A stretch of DNA of 64,000 nt, from positions 64,001 through 128,000 of the forward strand of contig CAXXGJ010000002.1 in assembly GCA_963677895.2 (NCBI GenBank). The letters are read 5' to 3'. The stretch comes from Treponemataceae bacterium. GTDB taxonomy: Bacteria; Spirochaetota; Spirochaetia; Treponematales; Rectinemataceae. Of this stretch, positions 17,994-28,359 are shown piece after piece (position 1 is the stretch's first letter; the number at the start of each line of letters is the position of its first letter). Under the pieces are notes generated by a model that saw only the letters and a program-made list of their open reading frames with translations, was not told where the DNA came from and did no database searches. A program made the position numbers and the translations under genes.

Positions 17994-18884
17994 TCAGTTT
18001 TCGAGCGAATAATAGCCGACGACGTCTATGTCGTCGAATCCCGCGTTTTTGTACAGCTTCATGGCGTTGACGTTGGTGCTGTCGACATCGATCAATAGTT
18101 CATGATCGCGGCCGACCAGATCGAGGACGGCGCAGAGAAATTCCATCCCGTATCCCTTGCCCTGCTCGTCGGGGGACACGGCCAGCGTATTGACCGAGAG
18201 CACGCCTTCCTCGTCGGCGACGAAGCAGGTGGCCATGATTTTCCCTTTGAGGGAACCGAGATATGCCCGCCTGGCGCCCGAAGCGAAACTAGAGCGCACG
18301 AAGGCTTCGGTTTCCGCTCCCGGATCGTTGAAAGCGGAGGAGAGAATCCTCGTCATGACTGGAACGTCGGGCAGCCCTCCCTCCCGCAGCTTCAGCCGGT
18401 CGGGGTGCTGCCAGAGTATATGCCGTGTCAGCCTGAGCGCGTGCTCCTCGTGTTCCGGCACGGCCCCGACCCTCGACGCGAACGCTTTCCCTGACGCGGA
18501 ACGGTCGTTGCATACGAGGAGCTGTCGCGCGCCGCCTATCCTGGCGCCGCCCGCCCTGGATTCGGCGCCGCCTATCGTGGCGCCGCCAGCGAGTGCCTTC
18601 CGCGCCGCCGCAAGGAGCCTGCCGGCATGGCCTTTTCTTCTCGCCTCCGGCGCCACGCAGATGGCGATCTCGCCTTCCTCTAGCCTGGGCGCGAAGATCG
18701 AGGCCAGGCCCAGGAGCCTGCCCTCATCATACAGAAGGAACCAGCTGTCCATGTCCTTGCGGAAATTCAGGCGATGGTCGATCTGCACGCAGGGAGAACA
18801 GCCGTCCAAGGCCGCGCAGGCTCCGATCAAAGCCTTTACGTCGGCTTCCTTCGCTTCATCGAGACTCCGAAGTTCATATATCAT
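17994..18884 (-). CDS. Tandem-domain GNAT acetyltransferase
   Basis: Two acetyl-CoA loops: ARRKGHA and EQGKGYG; NAMKLYKNAGF. Confidence 0.8.
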   Translation of the reverse strand: MIYELRSLDEAKEADVKALIGACAALDGCSPCVQIDHRLNFRKDMDSWFLLYDEGRLLGLASIFAPRLEEGEIAICVAPEARRKGHAGRLLAAARKALAGGATIGGAESRAGGARIGGARQLLVCNDRSASGKAFASRVGAVPEHEEHALRLTRHILWQHPDRLKLREGGLPDVPVMTRILSSAFNDPGAETEAFVRSSFASGARRAYLGSLKGKIMATCFVADEEGVLSVNTLAVSPDEQGKGYGMEFLCAVLDLVGRDHELLIDVDSTNVNAMKLYKNAGFDDIDVVGYYSLEN

Positions 18885-20111
18885 TTATTGTCCTTTTATG
18901 GTTTGGCCGATTTTCCGTCCGGACAGCGAGGAAGCCCTGAGATACAGGAGAGACGAAGCGCCGAACATCGCGCCCGCGATGATCCAAACCCCGGGTATCC
19001 TCAAATGGGTAACGAGGGCGGCGAAGGCGAGGGATCCAGCGGCTCCGCCCAACTGGACCGCGAGCGATCCAAGGGATAGCATCGAAGACCTTCTATCCTC
19101 TGGGATTTCGACATTGAAGACAGTGCTTTCGGGTACGTTGGCCATGCCGTTGAAAAGAAACATCGAAAGATAGAACACCGAGAAGGAAATCGTCGTTTTC
19201 TGGAACGCAAGCGCGAGTATCAAGACTCCCGCGGCGATCCTAAGCAGGAAAAGCAGGAAAAGATGGGGGATTTTCCGCCTGGAGAGAAGCAGGCCGACGA
19301 GGAGGACGCCAGCCAGGGAGGCGATGAAATATCCGCTGTTCACGATGCCAAAAATCCAGGTCTTTTGATCCGACCCGAGAATTTCCTTCAAGCGAGGCTG
19401 CCAGTAGACCTCTATCGCGGAAAAAGTGAATCCCCAGAGGCATGTCCCCGCCAGCAACAGTCCCAGGATCCTGCTTCCGCGGATTATCCTGAGTGAATCG
19501 GCCACGTAATCCCCGAATTTGACGGAAGGCCCGACCGGCGGCTCATCCTTTTTGGTCGTAAGCAAGGTCAAGGCCAGAAGCGCCAAAAGGATCAGTATCT
19601 GCGCGACGAGGTTGCCGTTGTAGCGGTCGGAAGCCGGCCAGAGCTTTTCCCAGAGGAGAGGGAGAAAGCCTCCGAGAAGGGCGCCCGAAGCGAGGCCCGC
19701 CGTTTCGCCTGCGCTCATAACGCTCATTAGCCTGTGGAGGTTTTCCTTGCCGTGGACGGTTATATAGTCATTTATGTAGACGGCCTCTATGGAGCCTGAG
19801 GAGAAGGCCCTCGAAACGGCATACAGGGCGAAACCGGATAGAATCGGCATGAAGCCTTCGGCCCATATAAGGATGAAACGCGCCGCCAGGGAAAAACCTA
19901 TGGAGATGAGATAGATGCGCCTCCTGCCTATCGAGTCCGACAATATCCCGCTGGGGAATTCCAGAAGCACGACGATGATGGAGACGATCGCTCCGACTAT
20001 GCCAAGGTTTTCGATCGACACACCCCTGGACAGGATCATGAGGCTCATCACCGTCGTCATGATGCCCATGACCATCCAGTGCAGGAATCTGTTCAGGAAG
20101 GGAATTATCAC
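18885..20111 (-). CDS. MFS transporter (start approximate, GTG 20111)
   Basis: LEFPSGILSDSIGRR, AFSSGS; hydrophobic helices. Confidence 0.8.
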   Translation of the reverse strand: MIIPFLNRFLHWMVMGIMTTVMSLMILSRGVSIENLGIVGAIVSIIVVLLEFPSGILSDSIGRRRIYLISIGFSLAARFILIWAEGFMPILSGFALYAVSRAFSSGSIEAVYINDYITVHGKENLHRLMSVMSAGETAGLASGALLGGFLPLLWEKLWPASDRYNGNLVAQILILLALLALTLLTTKKDEPPVGPSVKFGDYVADSLRIIRGSRILGLLLAGTCLWGFTFSAIEVYWQPRLKEILGSDQKTWIFGIVNSGYFIASLAGVLLVGLLLSRRKIPHLFLLFLLRIAAGVLILALAFQKTTISFSVFYLSMFLFNGMANVPESTVFNVEIPEDRRSSMLSLGSLAVQLGGAAGSLAFAALVTHLRIPGVWIIAGAMFGASSLLYLRASSLSGRKIGQTIKGQ

Positions 20112-20348
20112 CGCAGCTCCCGGCGCGTCGCAGCTTGATCTTTGTATTCGGGGTATTCGGGCGCCAGGCGAATTATCGCCCGCGGTTCTTCCCTGGTCAA
20201 TGCGCCCGCTCCCAACTTGACGGCGCTTTTCGTGGAGGGCTACAGTCAGTGTGTCTTGCCGATAGCCGCGAGTCGGCGAATTCGGGCTCCGGCGCAGTCT
20301 GGCTCCGGCAAGATCAAAAAACGGCGAAACAAGCGCCGAGGAGAAGCC

Positions 20349-21449
20349 ATGGGAACCGAGGATGTTCGAACGAAGCGCGCGGCGATAGTCTCGATGCTCC
20401 ACCCGCGGGGGATCCCTTCCCTCTGGTGTCCGCCCATCACGCACTACGACGAGCGCGGGGGAATCGACATGGCGAGATCACGGGCCCATCTCGCGAGGAT
20501 TATTCCTTACGCGCCCTGCCTTCTCATTCCGGGCTCCACCGGCGACGGCTGGGAAATGGGCGAGGCCGAGACGGAAACGATGCTCCGCGACCTGCTTCCC
20601 ATCGTCGGATCCCTGGGCGGCAAGGTTCTGGCCGGAGCCCTGCATCCGAGCGCCTCCGCCGCCAGACGCGCGATGGAAGCCAGGATGGACCTGGCTCTTG
20701 AAACCGTCGGCTCCAGAATCCGCGCCGAAAGCCTGCTCGGCGATCCGCTGAAATCGGCCGCGGCATGCGCCGAGGCGGGAATCGCGGGTTTTGCCGTCTG
20801 CGCCCCGGCGGGAGTCGATCTCACCCAGGATCAGATTGGCGTTGCTCTCTCCGGCATTCTCGACATGGGGCTGCCCACCGCCGTTTACCAGCTTCCTCAG
20901 GTGACGAAAAACGAGATTGAACCCGAAACCTTCGCGCTTCTCGTGGCGAACTACCCCAATCTCTATCTTTTCAAGGATACGAGCGGACTGGATCATGTGG
21001 CCTTGGCCGATATCGACAGGGGAGGGGTCTTCTTCGCGCGCGGCGCCGAGGGGGAATTCTCGCGCTGGATATCCAGGTCGGGCAGCCCGGAGGGCTCGGC
21101 GGCCGAGCATCGCTACGACGGATTCCTCCTCAGTTCGGCCAACGTCTTCGCGAAGGACTTGGCCGAGATTATTGAGGCCGCGCGAAACGGCGACGAAGCC
21201 AAAGCCGACCTGATTTCGGGAAGGATCGACCGCGTGGTCGCCGCCGTATTCGCCGAGGCGGCTAAGCTACCATTCGGAAACGCCTTCAGCAACGCCAACC
21301 GCGCGTTGGAATGGGCGATGACCGCGAGAGGCGGCTCCGTCGAGCTTCTGCCGCCGAGAACGCATTGCGGCGAGAAGCTTCCCGCTTCCCTGCTTCATTT
21401 TGCCGCCGCGGCCTTGGCTTCGGAGGGGGTGAAAGCGGTATATTCCTGA
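20349..21449 (+). CDS. Dihydrodipicolinate synthase family (class I aldolase) protein
   Basis: PPITHY, PGSTGDG, YQLPQVT, FKDTSG Schiff-base Lys. Confidence 0.75.
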   Translation: MGTEDVRTKRAAIVSMLHPRGIPSLWCPPITHYDERGGIDMARSRAHLARIIPYAPCLLIPGSTGDGWEMGEAETETMLRDLLPIVGSLGGKVLAGALHPSASAARRAMEARMDLALETVGSRIRAESLLGDPLKSAAACAEAGIAGFAVCAPAGVDLTQDQIGVALSGILDMGLPTAVYQLPQVTKNEIEPETFALLVANYPNLYLFKDTSGLDHVALADIDRGGVFFARGAEGEFSRWISRSGSPEGSAAEHRYDGFLLSSANVFAKDLAEIIEAARNGDEAKADLISGRIDRVVAAVFAEAAKLPFGNAFSNANRALEWAMTARGGSVELLPPRTHCGEKLPASLLHFAAAALASEGVKAVYS

Positions 21450-21451
21450 GC

Positions 21452-22699
21452 ATGGGCAAAAACTGGAAGAAGGACCTGGCTCTTTTCCTGGGCAGCCAGG
21501 CAGTATCAATTTTCGGATCCATGCTGGTGCAGTACGCCATCATGTGGCACATAACGCTCACCGCGAATTCGGGATCGGTGCAGACGCTCTACATAGTTTG
21601 CGGCATACTGCCCACGTTTTTCATATCGCCCTTCGCCGGGGTCTGGGCGGATCGTCATGATCGCAGGAAGCTCATCATGCTCTCCGACTCGATGATCGCG
21701 GTCACGACGCTCATCGTCGCCATCGTATTCCTGGCAAGCAGGGAGAAAAGTCTTGTCCTTCTCCTGGCGGCTTCGGCGGTGCGCGCCCTGGGACAGGGAA
21801 TCCAGACGCCGTCGGTGGGGGCCTTCCTTCCGCAGATCGTGCCTCAGGAGCATCTCACCAAGGCCAACGCCTTCGCTACGACCATCCAGTCCGTCATCAT
21901 GCTGGCCTCGCCCCTGCTCAGCGCCGCCCTTCTTTCCTTCGCCTCAATAGAAGCAATCTTTTTCATCGACGTGGCGACGGCCCTGGCCGCCGTATCCATA
22001 CTCGGACTTTTCCTCAAAACCCCTCCCCACGAACGCGCCTCCAGGAAGATCGAACTGAGCTATTTCCACGACCTTCGCGAGGGATTTTCCTATATAGGTT
22101 CGCACGCCTATCTGAAGTTCTTCTTCCTCTACTGCGCGATGTTCTTTTTCTTCGCGGCTCCCATCGCCTTCCTGACGCCCCTCCAGGTAGCCCGTTCTTT
22201 CGGAGGCGACGTCTGGCGCCTAACGGCCATCGAGATCAGCTTTTCGCTCGGGATGATGGGAGGCGGGCTGCTCATGGGCACCTGGGGCGGTTTCAGGAAC
22301 AGGGTCCATACCATGGCTTTTTCCAGCTTCCTCATGGGAGCCATGACCCTGGCCCTCGGCCTCGTGCCGGTTTTCTGGATCTACCTTCTTTTCATGGGGC
22401 TGACCGGCGTTTCCATGCCCATCTTCAATACGCCCGCCTCCGTCCTTCTCCAGGAGAAGGTGGAACCCGATTTCCTGGGGCGGGTCTTCGGAGTCCTGGG
22501 CATGATATCCAGCGTCATGATGCCGATCGGGATGCTTCTCTTCGGGCCCATCGCCGACATGGTGAGGATCGAATGGCTGCTTGTGGGCAGCGGTGGCGTG
22601 ATTGCCCTCCTCGGGCTCTTCCTGATGGGCAACAAGGTATTGGCAAGCCACGGATTGCCCGCGGATCCAGTAGGTCGGGAACCTTCAGGCCAGGTTTGA
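21452..22699 (+). CDS. MFS efflux transporter (MefA/DHA3-like)
   Basis: SQAVSIFGSMLVQYAIMW, GVWADRHDRRK, LLQEKVEPDFLGRVF. Confidence 0.85.
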   Translation: MGKNWKKDLALFLGSQAVSIFGSMLVQYAIMWHITLTANSGSVQTLYIVCGILPTFFISPFAGVWADRHDRRKLIMLSDSMIAVTTLIVAIVFLASREKSLVLLLAASAVRALGQGIQTPSVGAFLPQIVPQEHLTKANAFATTIQSVIMLASPLLSAALLSFASIEAIFFIDVATALAAVSILGLFLKTPPHERASRKIELSYFHDLREGFSYIGSHAYLKFFFLYCAMFFFFAAPIAFLTPLQVARSFGGDVWRLTAIEISFSLGMMGGGLLMGTWGGFRNRVHTMAFSSFLMGAMTLALGLVPVFWIYLLFMGLTGVSMPIFNTPASVLLQEKVEPDFLGRVFGVLGMISSVMMPIGMLLFGPIADMVRIEWLLVGSGGVIALLGLFLMGNKVLASHGLPADPVGREPSGQV

Positions 22700-22728
22700 A
22701 TAAAAGATAATGTTTGCCGCGCGTCGGC

Positions 22729-23679
22729 TCATCCGCTCATCCGGGCGAGAGCGCCAGAGTCGGCCACCAGGCAGTCCATAGCCCTTTTTACGACGAAACC
22801 CTCGGCCAGATAAAGCGCGAGCGCGTTCTTGTTGCTCGCGTTCACCGAAAGGCTGGCCGACCGGAAACCTCGGGACGCACCGAAGCTTATCGCGCTCCTG
22901 ATGAGGACTCTCCCGAGCCCCAGGTGCCTGTACGCCTTGTCCACCGATACGGCGCTTATGAAAATCGATCCTTCTTCATCGTCGCGTTCGCAGTAGATGG
23001 TACCGCAAGCCTTGCCCTCGGGATCGAGGAGAAGCATGGCTCCGCCTTCCAGGGCTTCGGCGCCGCCAAGCCTTTCCACCCAATCCTCCACCCTCGTGTC
23101 GCTGGAGCCAGTCACCTCGCGGAAATTGCGGTTCCTCACGAGGACGAAATCGGCCAGGGCTTCCACATCATCCCGCCGCAGGACGGTCAGCGCAAACCCA
23201 GGCGGAAGGCTTGGCTCTCCGCAGTCCATGTCGTCGCGGCGCATGGCGCAGGCCATCCTTTCCAATATAAAGCCGGATTCAAGCAGGAACTCGCCGAGAA
23301 AAGGCAGTCCTGAGGGAAGAAAGAGATAAAGGCTCAGGCTTTGTCCCGCGCCAGCGGCCTCGGCGGCGCGGACGGTCCTGGCCGCCGAGGCCAGGAGCAT
23401 CCGGTAGGCCGCGCGCCTTTCGGAAGGATCGCTGACCGAAGCGTGGAGTATCGCTATCCTGATCCTGCCCGACGCTATCATCGAGGCGCTGAGCATGAGC
23501 GAGAGGACGGCGACTATGGAACCCTGCTCGTCCCGGAGGACGAAGCTGGGCTGTTCACGTTTGCCAGCGAAATCGGCGCCGGGAACATAGGATTCGTCGT
23601 GTTCGTTTCCGTGTCGGGCGCAATATTTCAGAAAAGCGGCTTTATTTCCCTGACTGTATGGTTCCAGCTTGAAGTTCAT
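22729..23679 (-). CDS. GNAT family N-acetyltransferase (two-domain)
   Basis: YRHLGLGR, NKNALALYLAEGF. Confidence 0.8.
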   Translation of the reverse strand: MNFKLEPYSQGNKAAFLKYCARHGNEHDESYVPGADFAGKREQPSFVLRDEQGSIVAVLSLMLSASMIASGRIRIAILHASVSDPSERRAAYRMLLASAARTVRAAEAAGAGQSLSLYLFLPSGLPFLGEFLLESGFILERMACAMRRDDMDCGEPSLPPGFALTVLRRDDVEALADFVLVRNRNFREVTGSSDTRVEDWVERLGGAEALEGGAMLLLDPEGKACGTIYCERDDEEGSIFISAVSVDKAYRHLGLGRVLIRSAISFGASRGFRSASLSVNASNKNALALYLAEGFVVKRAMDCLVADSGALARMSG

Positions 23680-23701
23680 GCCCTGAATAATACCACCGTA
23701 A

Positions 23702-24634
23702 TTATTGAAAATGAATGCCGTAACGCTTCAGCACCCTCAACGCGCGCAGCGTATTCCATCTGCCCTCCGCCCCGTTTTTTTCGACCATGAAATATGTCTT
23801 TCCCGCCTGCGACGCGGCTTTCCACCTGCCGTCCTTGCCGGCCGCCTTCCTTACGATCTCGAGCGCTTCCTCCATTCTTTCGTCATAGAGGGCGCCGAGC
23901 GTCCGAAACAAGTCCAGGCATCGCAAAATGTCGTATTTCCAGCGAACGGGAAAGCAGAACTTGAGGAATTCGTCTTTGATGACCTCGCCGGTCCGTTCCG
24001 ACTTGTAGAGCCTATGGCGAAGCATGAATTCGATGCCCCCGGCGATGGCGAGCTCCACCTCGCCCTTCCTGTGTTCGTTCCCGCCCCGGAGACAGGCGCC
24101 AAGACCCTCGATGACGCTGATCGTCGTATGCAGGGAGCTGTGCCTCGCCCCGTGCGGATATTCGCAATTCCAGCCCCCGTCGGGCATCCTCACCTTCATC
24201 AGGTAATCGATGATCCCTTCCACCGCCTCGCTTCCGATGCCGAAATGGCCGGCGATCGTCAGGATCATGCCGTTGACGCAGACATCGCTGTATTCCACCG
24301 TCCTCGCGTAATTGATGCCTCCGTCGCTTCCGACCGGATAGGACAAAAGCATCATGGCCGATTCCCTGCAGGCTTCCTGATCGTCGGGAACGGCGAGCTG
24401 CGTCAGCTCGTAGAGCACATAGTGGGTGCAGGTCCATTTGGGGTTGTAGACCCCGTTTCCCCAATGGCCGTCCGCCTTCCTTTCATCCAGGAGGGCTTTG
24501 GCCCAGCCGCTTGCGGGAATCCGAAGCCGGAGCTTTTCGGTTTCCGTCGCCGGTGAGGAAAGCAGATCCCTGCGCACCTGATACTCCAGCGCGGGGTCGG
24601 CGTCATCCAGCAGCCAATCTATGATTTCATTCAT
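23702..24634 (-). CDS. Hypothetical protein, prenyltransferase/squalene-oxidase-repeat-like
   Basis: WLLDDADP, DGHW, PDGGWNC, FPVRWKYDILR, WNTLRALRVL. Confidence 0.6.
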   Translation of the reverse strand: MNEIIDWLLDDADPALEYQVRRDLLSSPATETEKLRLRIPASGWAKALLDERKADGHWGNGVYNPKWTCTHYVLYELTQLAVPDDQEACRESAMMLLSYPVGSDGGINYARTVEYSDVCVNGMILTIAGHFGIGSEAVEGIIDYLMKVRMPDGGWNCEYPHGARHSSLHTTISVIEGLGACLRGGNEHRKGEVELAIAGGIEFMLRHRLYKSERTGEVIKDEFLKFCFPVRWKYDILRCLDLFRTLGALYDERMEEALEIVRKAAGKDGRWKAASQAGKTYFMVEKNGAEGRWNTLRALRVLKRYGIHFQ

Positions 24635-24769
24635 GGCGCGATCCACATCCTGAATCAATGATAGGCCGCTTCCCCGCTTTGTCAATCGAAGGATCCCGAG
24701 ACTTGCCTGTCCAGGATTCCCTCATTAGATTAATCGGATACGATCGACGCTCAGGAGGATCCCGCTATA

Positions 24770-25087
24770 ATGAAGATTACGAAAGAAAACTTGATTCGCC
24801 GGATGGCCGTGGTTGTCGCTATGCTGGCCGTCGCCCTTCTCTTCAGTTCCTGCCTGCCGGGAGACGGAAAGAACAGCGTGGAGAAGCCCGCCAACTTCCT
24901 GATGGGAATCTGGCATGGATGGATTGCGCCTCTGTCGATGATCGTGGGCATTTTTAACGGCAATATTCGCGTCTATGAAGTGAACAACAGCGGCTGGTGG
25001 TACGATCTGGGCTTCTATATGGCCATCATCTCGGGATTCGGCGGAATCGCCTTATCCAGGAAAGCCAGGAAAGAAAGGCACGTCTGA
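24770..25087 (+). CDS. Small membrane lipoprotein
   Basis: Lipobox LFSSC; GIWHGWIAP, YEVNNSGWWYDLGF. Confidence 0.65.
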   Translation: MKITKENLIRRMAVVVAMLAVALLFSSCLPGDGKNSVEKPANFLMGIWHGWIAPLSMIVGIFNGNIRVYEVNNSGWWYDLGFYMAIISGFGGIALSRKARKERHV

Positions 25088-25100
25088 GTTCAGGGCCGGT

Positions 25101-25775
25101 TCACTCCGCGACGATGAGGGACAGATCGACGAATTCCGCGCCGTAGCGCGTTTCGAGAATATGACGCGCGAGATCGAAGGCTGGCGAGTTGGCTTTCGCG
25201 ATGATCGCGGAGTCGGAGGTGGCTATAGCCCCGCCTTTCCAGGCTGAAACGAAACCGTCGGCGCTTGGGACCAGGATGACTTCGCCGGCGATGTCGCGAC
25301 GGGCCAGGCCTCTCCGTAGCGCTTCCGCGTGATCGGCGCTGCGGGGTATGGGGGCATCGAGGAAAAACGTCGCTTGGGTAATTTCGAGCAGGGCAAGATT
25401 CCCGCAGAGTTCGTCGATGGCCGCGTAGAACTGGGCGGCATCGGCCACCCGCCCGTGGGCTCCCCCGGCGTCGCGCAGGAATCCGTCGGTCGAGATGAAA
25501 AGCGGGTGCCCCCGAAGATAATTCGTGATAGTGAAAAGAATATTGTAGCCATCCACCGCGATGCGCGAATCCCGAGGAACTGAAGCGGCGCGCCGCAGCG
25601 CATTGGCGCGCGAAAGAGTCCCGGGCAGGACTCCCCTGAAAAGAACCATGCGTTCCGCCTTGTCGAGCCTGTAGCGATCGCCCGTGAGCTTGATGCTCGC
25701 GTCGACCGGATAGCCTCTGTCCAGAAGTAGCCGATAGTCTCGCGCCGCCTCGCGAAAATCACCGTCGAAATTCAT
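25101..25775 (-). CDS. DUF434 domain protein
   Basis: DYRLLLDRGY, GDRYRL, VDGYNIL, DGFLRD, ATSDS. Confidence 0.75.
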   Translation of the reverse strand: MNFDGDFREAARDYRLLLDRGYPVDASIKLTGDRYRLDKAERMVLFRGVLPGTLSRANALRRAASVPRDSRIAVDGYNILFTITNYLRGHPLFISTDGFLRDAGGAHGRVADAAQFYAAIDELCGNLALLEITQATFFLDAPIPRSADHAEALRRGLARRDIAGEVILVPSADGFVSAWKGGAIATSDSAIIAKANSPAFDLARHILETRYGAEFVDLSLIVAE

Positions 25776-25818
25776 CCATTCGTCCTTCCGCATGATCACC
25801 GATGCCTTGGAGGTCCTT

Positions 25819-27531
25819 TTATTCAAGCAGCGGCATCGTTTTCCGAAGTTTTTCCTTGAACGCGTCCGAGGAGTTCAAGGCGATATCCTGCAGTATGGCG
25901 CTCTTCACCATCCTGCCTTGTTCGGTACTGATTTTAGCTTTGTATAGATCCGCGTCCAGGACGATGAAGGAAGGCTGGGCTTCCCTGGAGTCCCAGGCTT
26001 CCCATAGCGGCAATCCTTCCGTCGCGCCAAGCCCGTTAGGATTTCCCGTCCGGACGAAGTTGGCCAGATAGGAGCCGATCTTCGTCTGAAGGTCCAGTCG
26101 GCCCTTGCCGTTGGCCCTGGGAGGAATTGGGAGAGGGAGGACATTCCCGTATTGGGAATCCGTCTGGAGGAAGAAGGATATTTCGACGGCATGGCCGGCG
26201 CCAAGCCGGACTCCCGCGTATCTCCCCATCACGCTATTGCCGTCTTTGTCGGGGGCGCCCCAGTCGAAGCGGTAGAGGTATACCTTTCTGCCTACGTTCT
26301 TCGAGTCAACGGCGTCGGCTATCGAATCGGCGCCTTCGGCCTTCCATACCGCTGTAGTCTTCTCCACCAACTCCCGGTAATCAGGACCTCGCTTGGTTTG
26401 CCACTTGTACAAAAGGAAGAGTTTCGTCTCTTCCTTATTGGTCCCTATGATGAGGGGGACATCGGCGCACCAGGCAGGATCGGCGAAGGCCGCGAATCCC
26501 CGCGATGGGAGCACCTTGCCATCGAAGATCGGAGAGGGAAGGGAGAGTATGCTTCCGGAGTCGGATTTCGAAAACCGAAGAAGCTCTCCAGGTCTTGCCG
26601 TCTTCAGCCATTCCGCCGTTCCCTCCCTGCCTAAAGAAGCCATGAATTCATTGGCTTCCTTTTCGGTAGCGGCTTTTCCCTGGGAGATCGCGAGCTTGCG
26701 CGCGATACCTTCCGCGAACTCCACGGGATCTATTTGGGGCTGACGCGTATAGCCGCTTTCGGCTATCACTTTGTGGAATAGACCCCTTGCCTTGGGCGCC
26801 ATGAGAAGGGTGAGCACATTGAGGGCTCCCGCCGATTCCCCGGCTATGGTCACATTGCCGGGATCTCCGCCGAAGGCCTCTATATTGTCGCGTATCCACT
26901 CGAGCGAGGCTATGAGATCCAGCGTGCCGAAGTTACCGGAATCCGTCTCGGGGTCCCCCGTGCGGAGGGCGGGATGGGCGAACCATCCCAGGATATCGAG
27001 CCTGTAGTTCACCGAAACATAGACGAGATTCGCCTTCGAAGCCAGGGCATGACCTCTGTAGTTGCGGCTGCCGCTGGAGGATCCCGTCGTGTTGGCCCCG
27101 CCATGGACCCAGACGTAAACGGGGAGCTTCTTTTCCTCGGTGGCCGGCCTCCAGACATTGAGAAAGAGGCAATCCTCCGAACCGACGGGCAAGTCGGTCA
27201 ACAGGGCACGCTGAACCGCCTTCGCGCCGAATTGGCTGGCCTTGCGGATACCTTGCCAAGGTTCGGGGGGTTGGGGTTTCTGCCAGCGAAGATCTCCCTC
27301 CGGAGGGGCCGCGTACGGAATGCCGAGCCAAGAGTAGGTATTCTCCTTGTCCGTCGATCCCTCGAGAGTTCCATACACCGTCCTTACTATCGGGAAGCCC
27401 GCCCACTCGCCGGGAGCGAATGTGGAAGACGAAGGGGTGGGAATGCTCGCGCATGATGCCAGAACCAGGAGTATAGGGATCGCCAGAAAGGCCGCACCCT
27501 TATATAAAACAGTCGATTTTTCCCCTCTCAT
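25819..27531 (-). CDS. Carboxylesterase type B lipoprotein
   Basis: Lipobox LASC; WLGIPYAAPP, SEDCLFLNVW, VHGG, GESAG. Confidence 0.9.
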   Translation of the reverse strand: MRGEKSTVLYKGAAFLAIPILLVLASCASIPTPSSSTFAPGEWAGFPIVRTVYGTLEGSTDKENTYSWLGIPYAAPPEGDLRWQKPQPPEPWQGIRKASQFGAKAVQRALLTDLPVGSEDCLFLNVWRPATEEKKLPVYVWVHGGANTTGSSSGSRNYRGHALASKANLVYVSVNYRLDILGWFAHPALRTGDPETDSGNFGTLDLIASLEWIRDNIEAFGGDPGNVTIAGESAGALNVLTLLMAPKARGLFHKVIAESGYTRQPQIDPVEFAEGIARKLAISQGKAATEKEANEFMASLGREGTAEWLKTARPGELLRFSKSDSGSILSLPSPIFDGKVLPSRGFAAFADPAWCADVPLIIGTNKEETKLFLLYKWQTKRGPDYRELVEKTTAVWKAEGADSIADAVDSKNVGRKVYLYRFDWGAPDKDGNSVMGRYAGVRLGAGHAVEISFFLQTDSQYGNVLPLPIPPRANGKGRLDLQTKIGSYLANFVRTGNPNGLGATEGLPLWEAWDSREAQPSFIVLDADLYKAKISTEQGRMVKSAILQDIALNSSDAFKEKLRKTMPLLE

Positions 27532-27762
27532 GCGTATAATGTATCGCTGCTTTCCGATTTTCACAAAGCCTGGAGGCTGTCCGCGGTTTTTTCTTCGCCG
27601 CGGGGCCGAATGCGAATACTTTTCCATAGGATGACATTTCTTGACGCGGAGTGCTTCGTCCTTTAGAATGCAATGGCATTTCCAAAACTCATCTAGTCCA
27701 AGTTTTCCGGGAGGGGTATCGATGAAAAAACATAGTCGATTCCTGCGGCATTTTTGAGCGCG

Positions 27763-28359
27763 ATGGGAACTCAGGACAAAGCTAAGGGGTCCGAAACATT
27801 TCAGCGCTGCTCCTGGTGCGGCGCCGATCCGCTCTACGTGCGCTACCACGACCTGGAGTGGGGAACGCCCCTGCACGACGAGGGCAAGCATTTCGAATTC
27901 CTCCTCCTCGAAACCCAACAGGCGGGACTCTCGTGGATCACGATCCTGCGCAAGCGGGAGGCATACAGGAAAGCCTTTGCCGGCTTCGATCCGGAGGCTG
28001 TCGCCCGATTCGGGGATGACGATGTGACAAGGCTCCTAGGCGACGCTGGCATCATCCGCAACCGTCGGAAAATCGAGGCGAGCGTCCGGAACGCCCGCGC
28101 CTTCCTCGCGATCAGGGAAGAATTCGGCAGTTTCGATGCCTGGCTCTGGCGTTTTGTGGAAGGGAAACCCGTACAGGGAAATCGCCGCGTGTTGGCTGAC
28201 CTGCCGGCGACGACGCCGCTTTCGGACACGGTGAGCGCCGAGATGAAGAAGCGCGGCTTCGCCTTCGTCGGCTCGACGACGATCTATGCCCACCTGCAAG
28301 CCGTTGGCCTGGTCAACGACCATCTCGTGTCCTGTTTCCGCTGGAAGGAGCTTCAATGA
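27763..28359 (+). CDS. tag: DNA-3-methyladenine glycosylase I
   Basis: RCSW, YHDLEWG, QAGLSWITILRKRE, IIRNRRKI, NDHLVSC. Confidence 0.95.
   Translation: MGTQDKAKGSETFQRCSWCGADPLYVRYHDLEWGTPLHDEGKHFEFLLLETQQAGLSWITILRKREAYRKAFAGFDPEAVARFGDDDVTRLLGDAGIIRNRRKIEASVRNARAFLAIREEFGSFDAWLWRFVEGKPVQGNRRVLADLPATTPLSDTVSAEMKKRGFAFVGSTTIYAHLQAVGLVNDHLVSCFRWKELQ

Noticed and set aside
20112..20444. Long N-terminal extensions of the MFS and DHDPS-like ORFs
   Set aside because: Divergent intergenic region; family-like sequence starts at 20111 and 20349
27532..27918. Extension of esterase ORF to 699 aa
   Set aside because: Overlaps tag; lipoprotein signal begins at 27531
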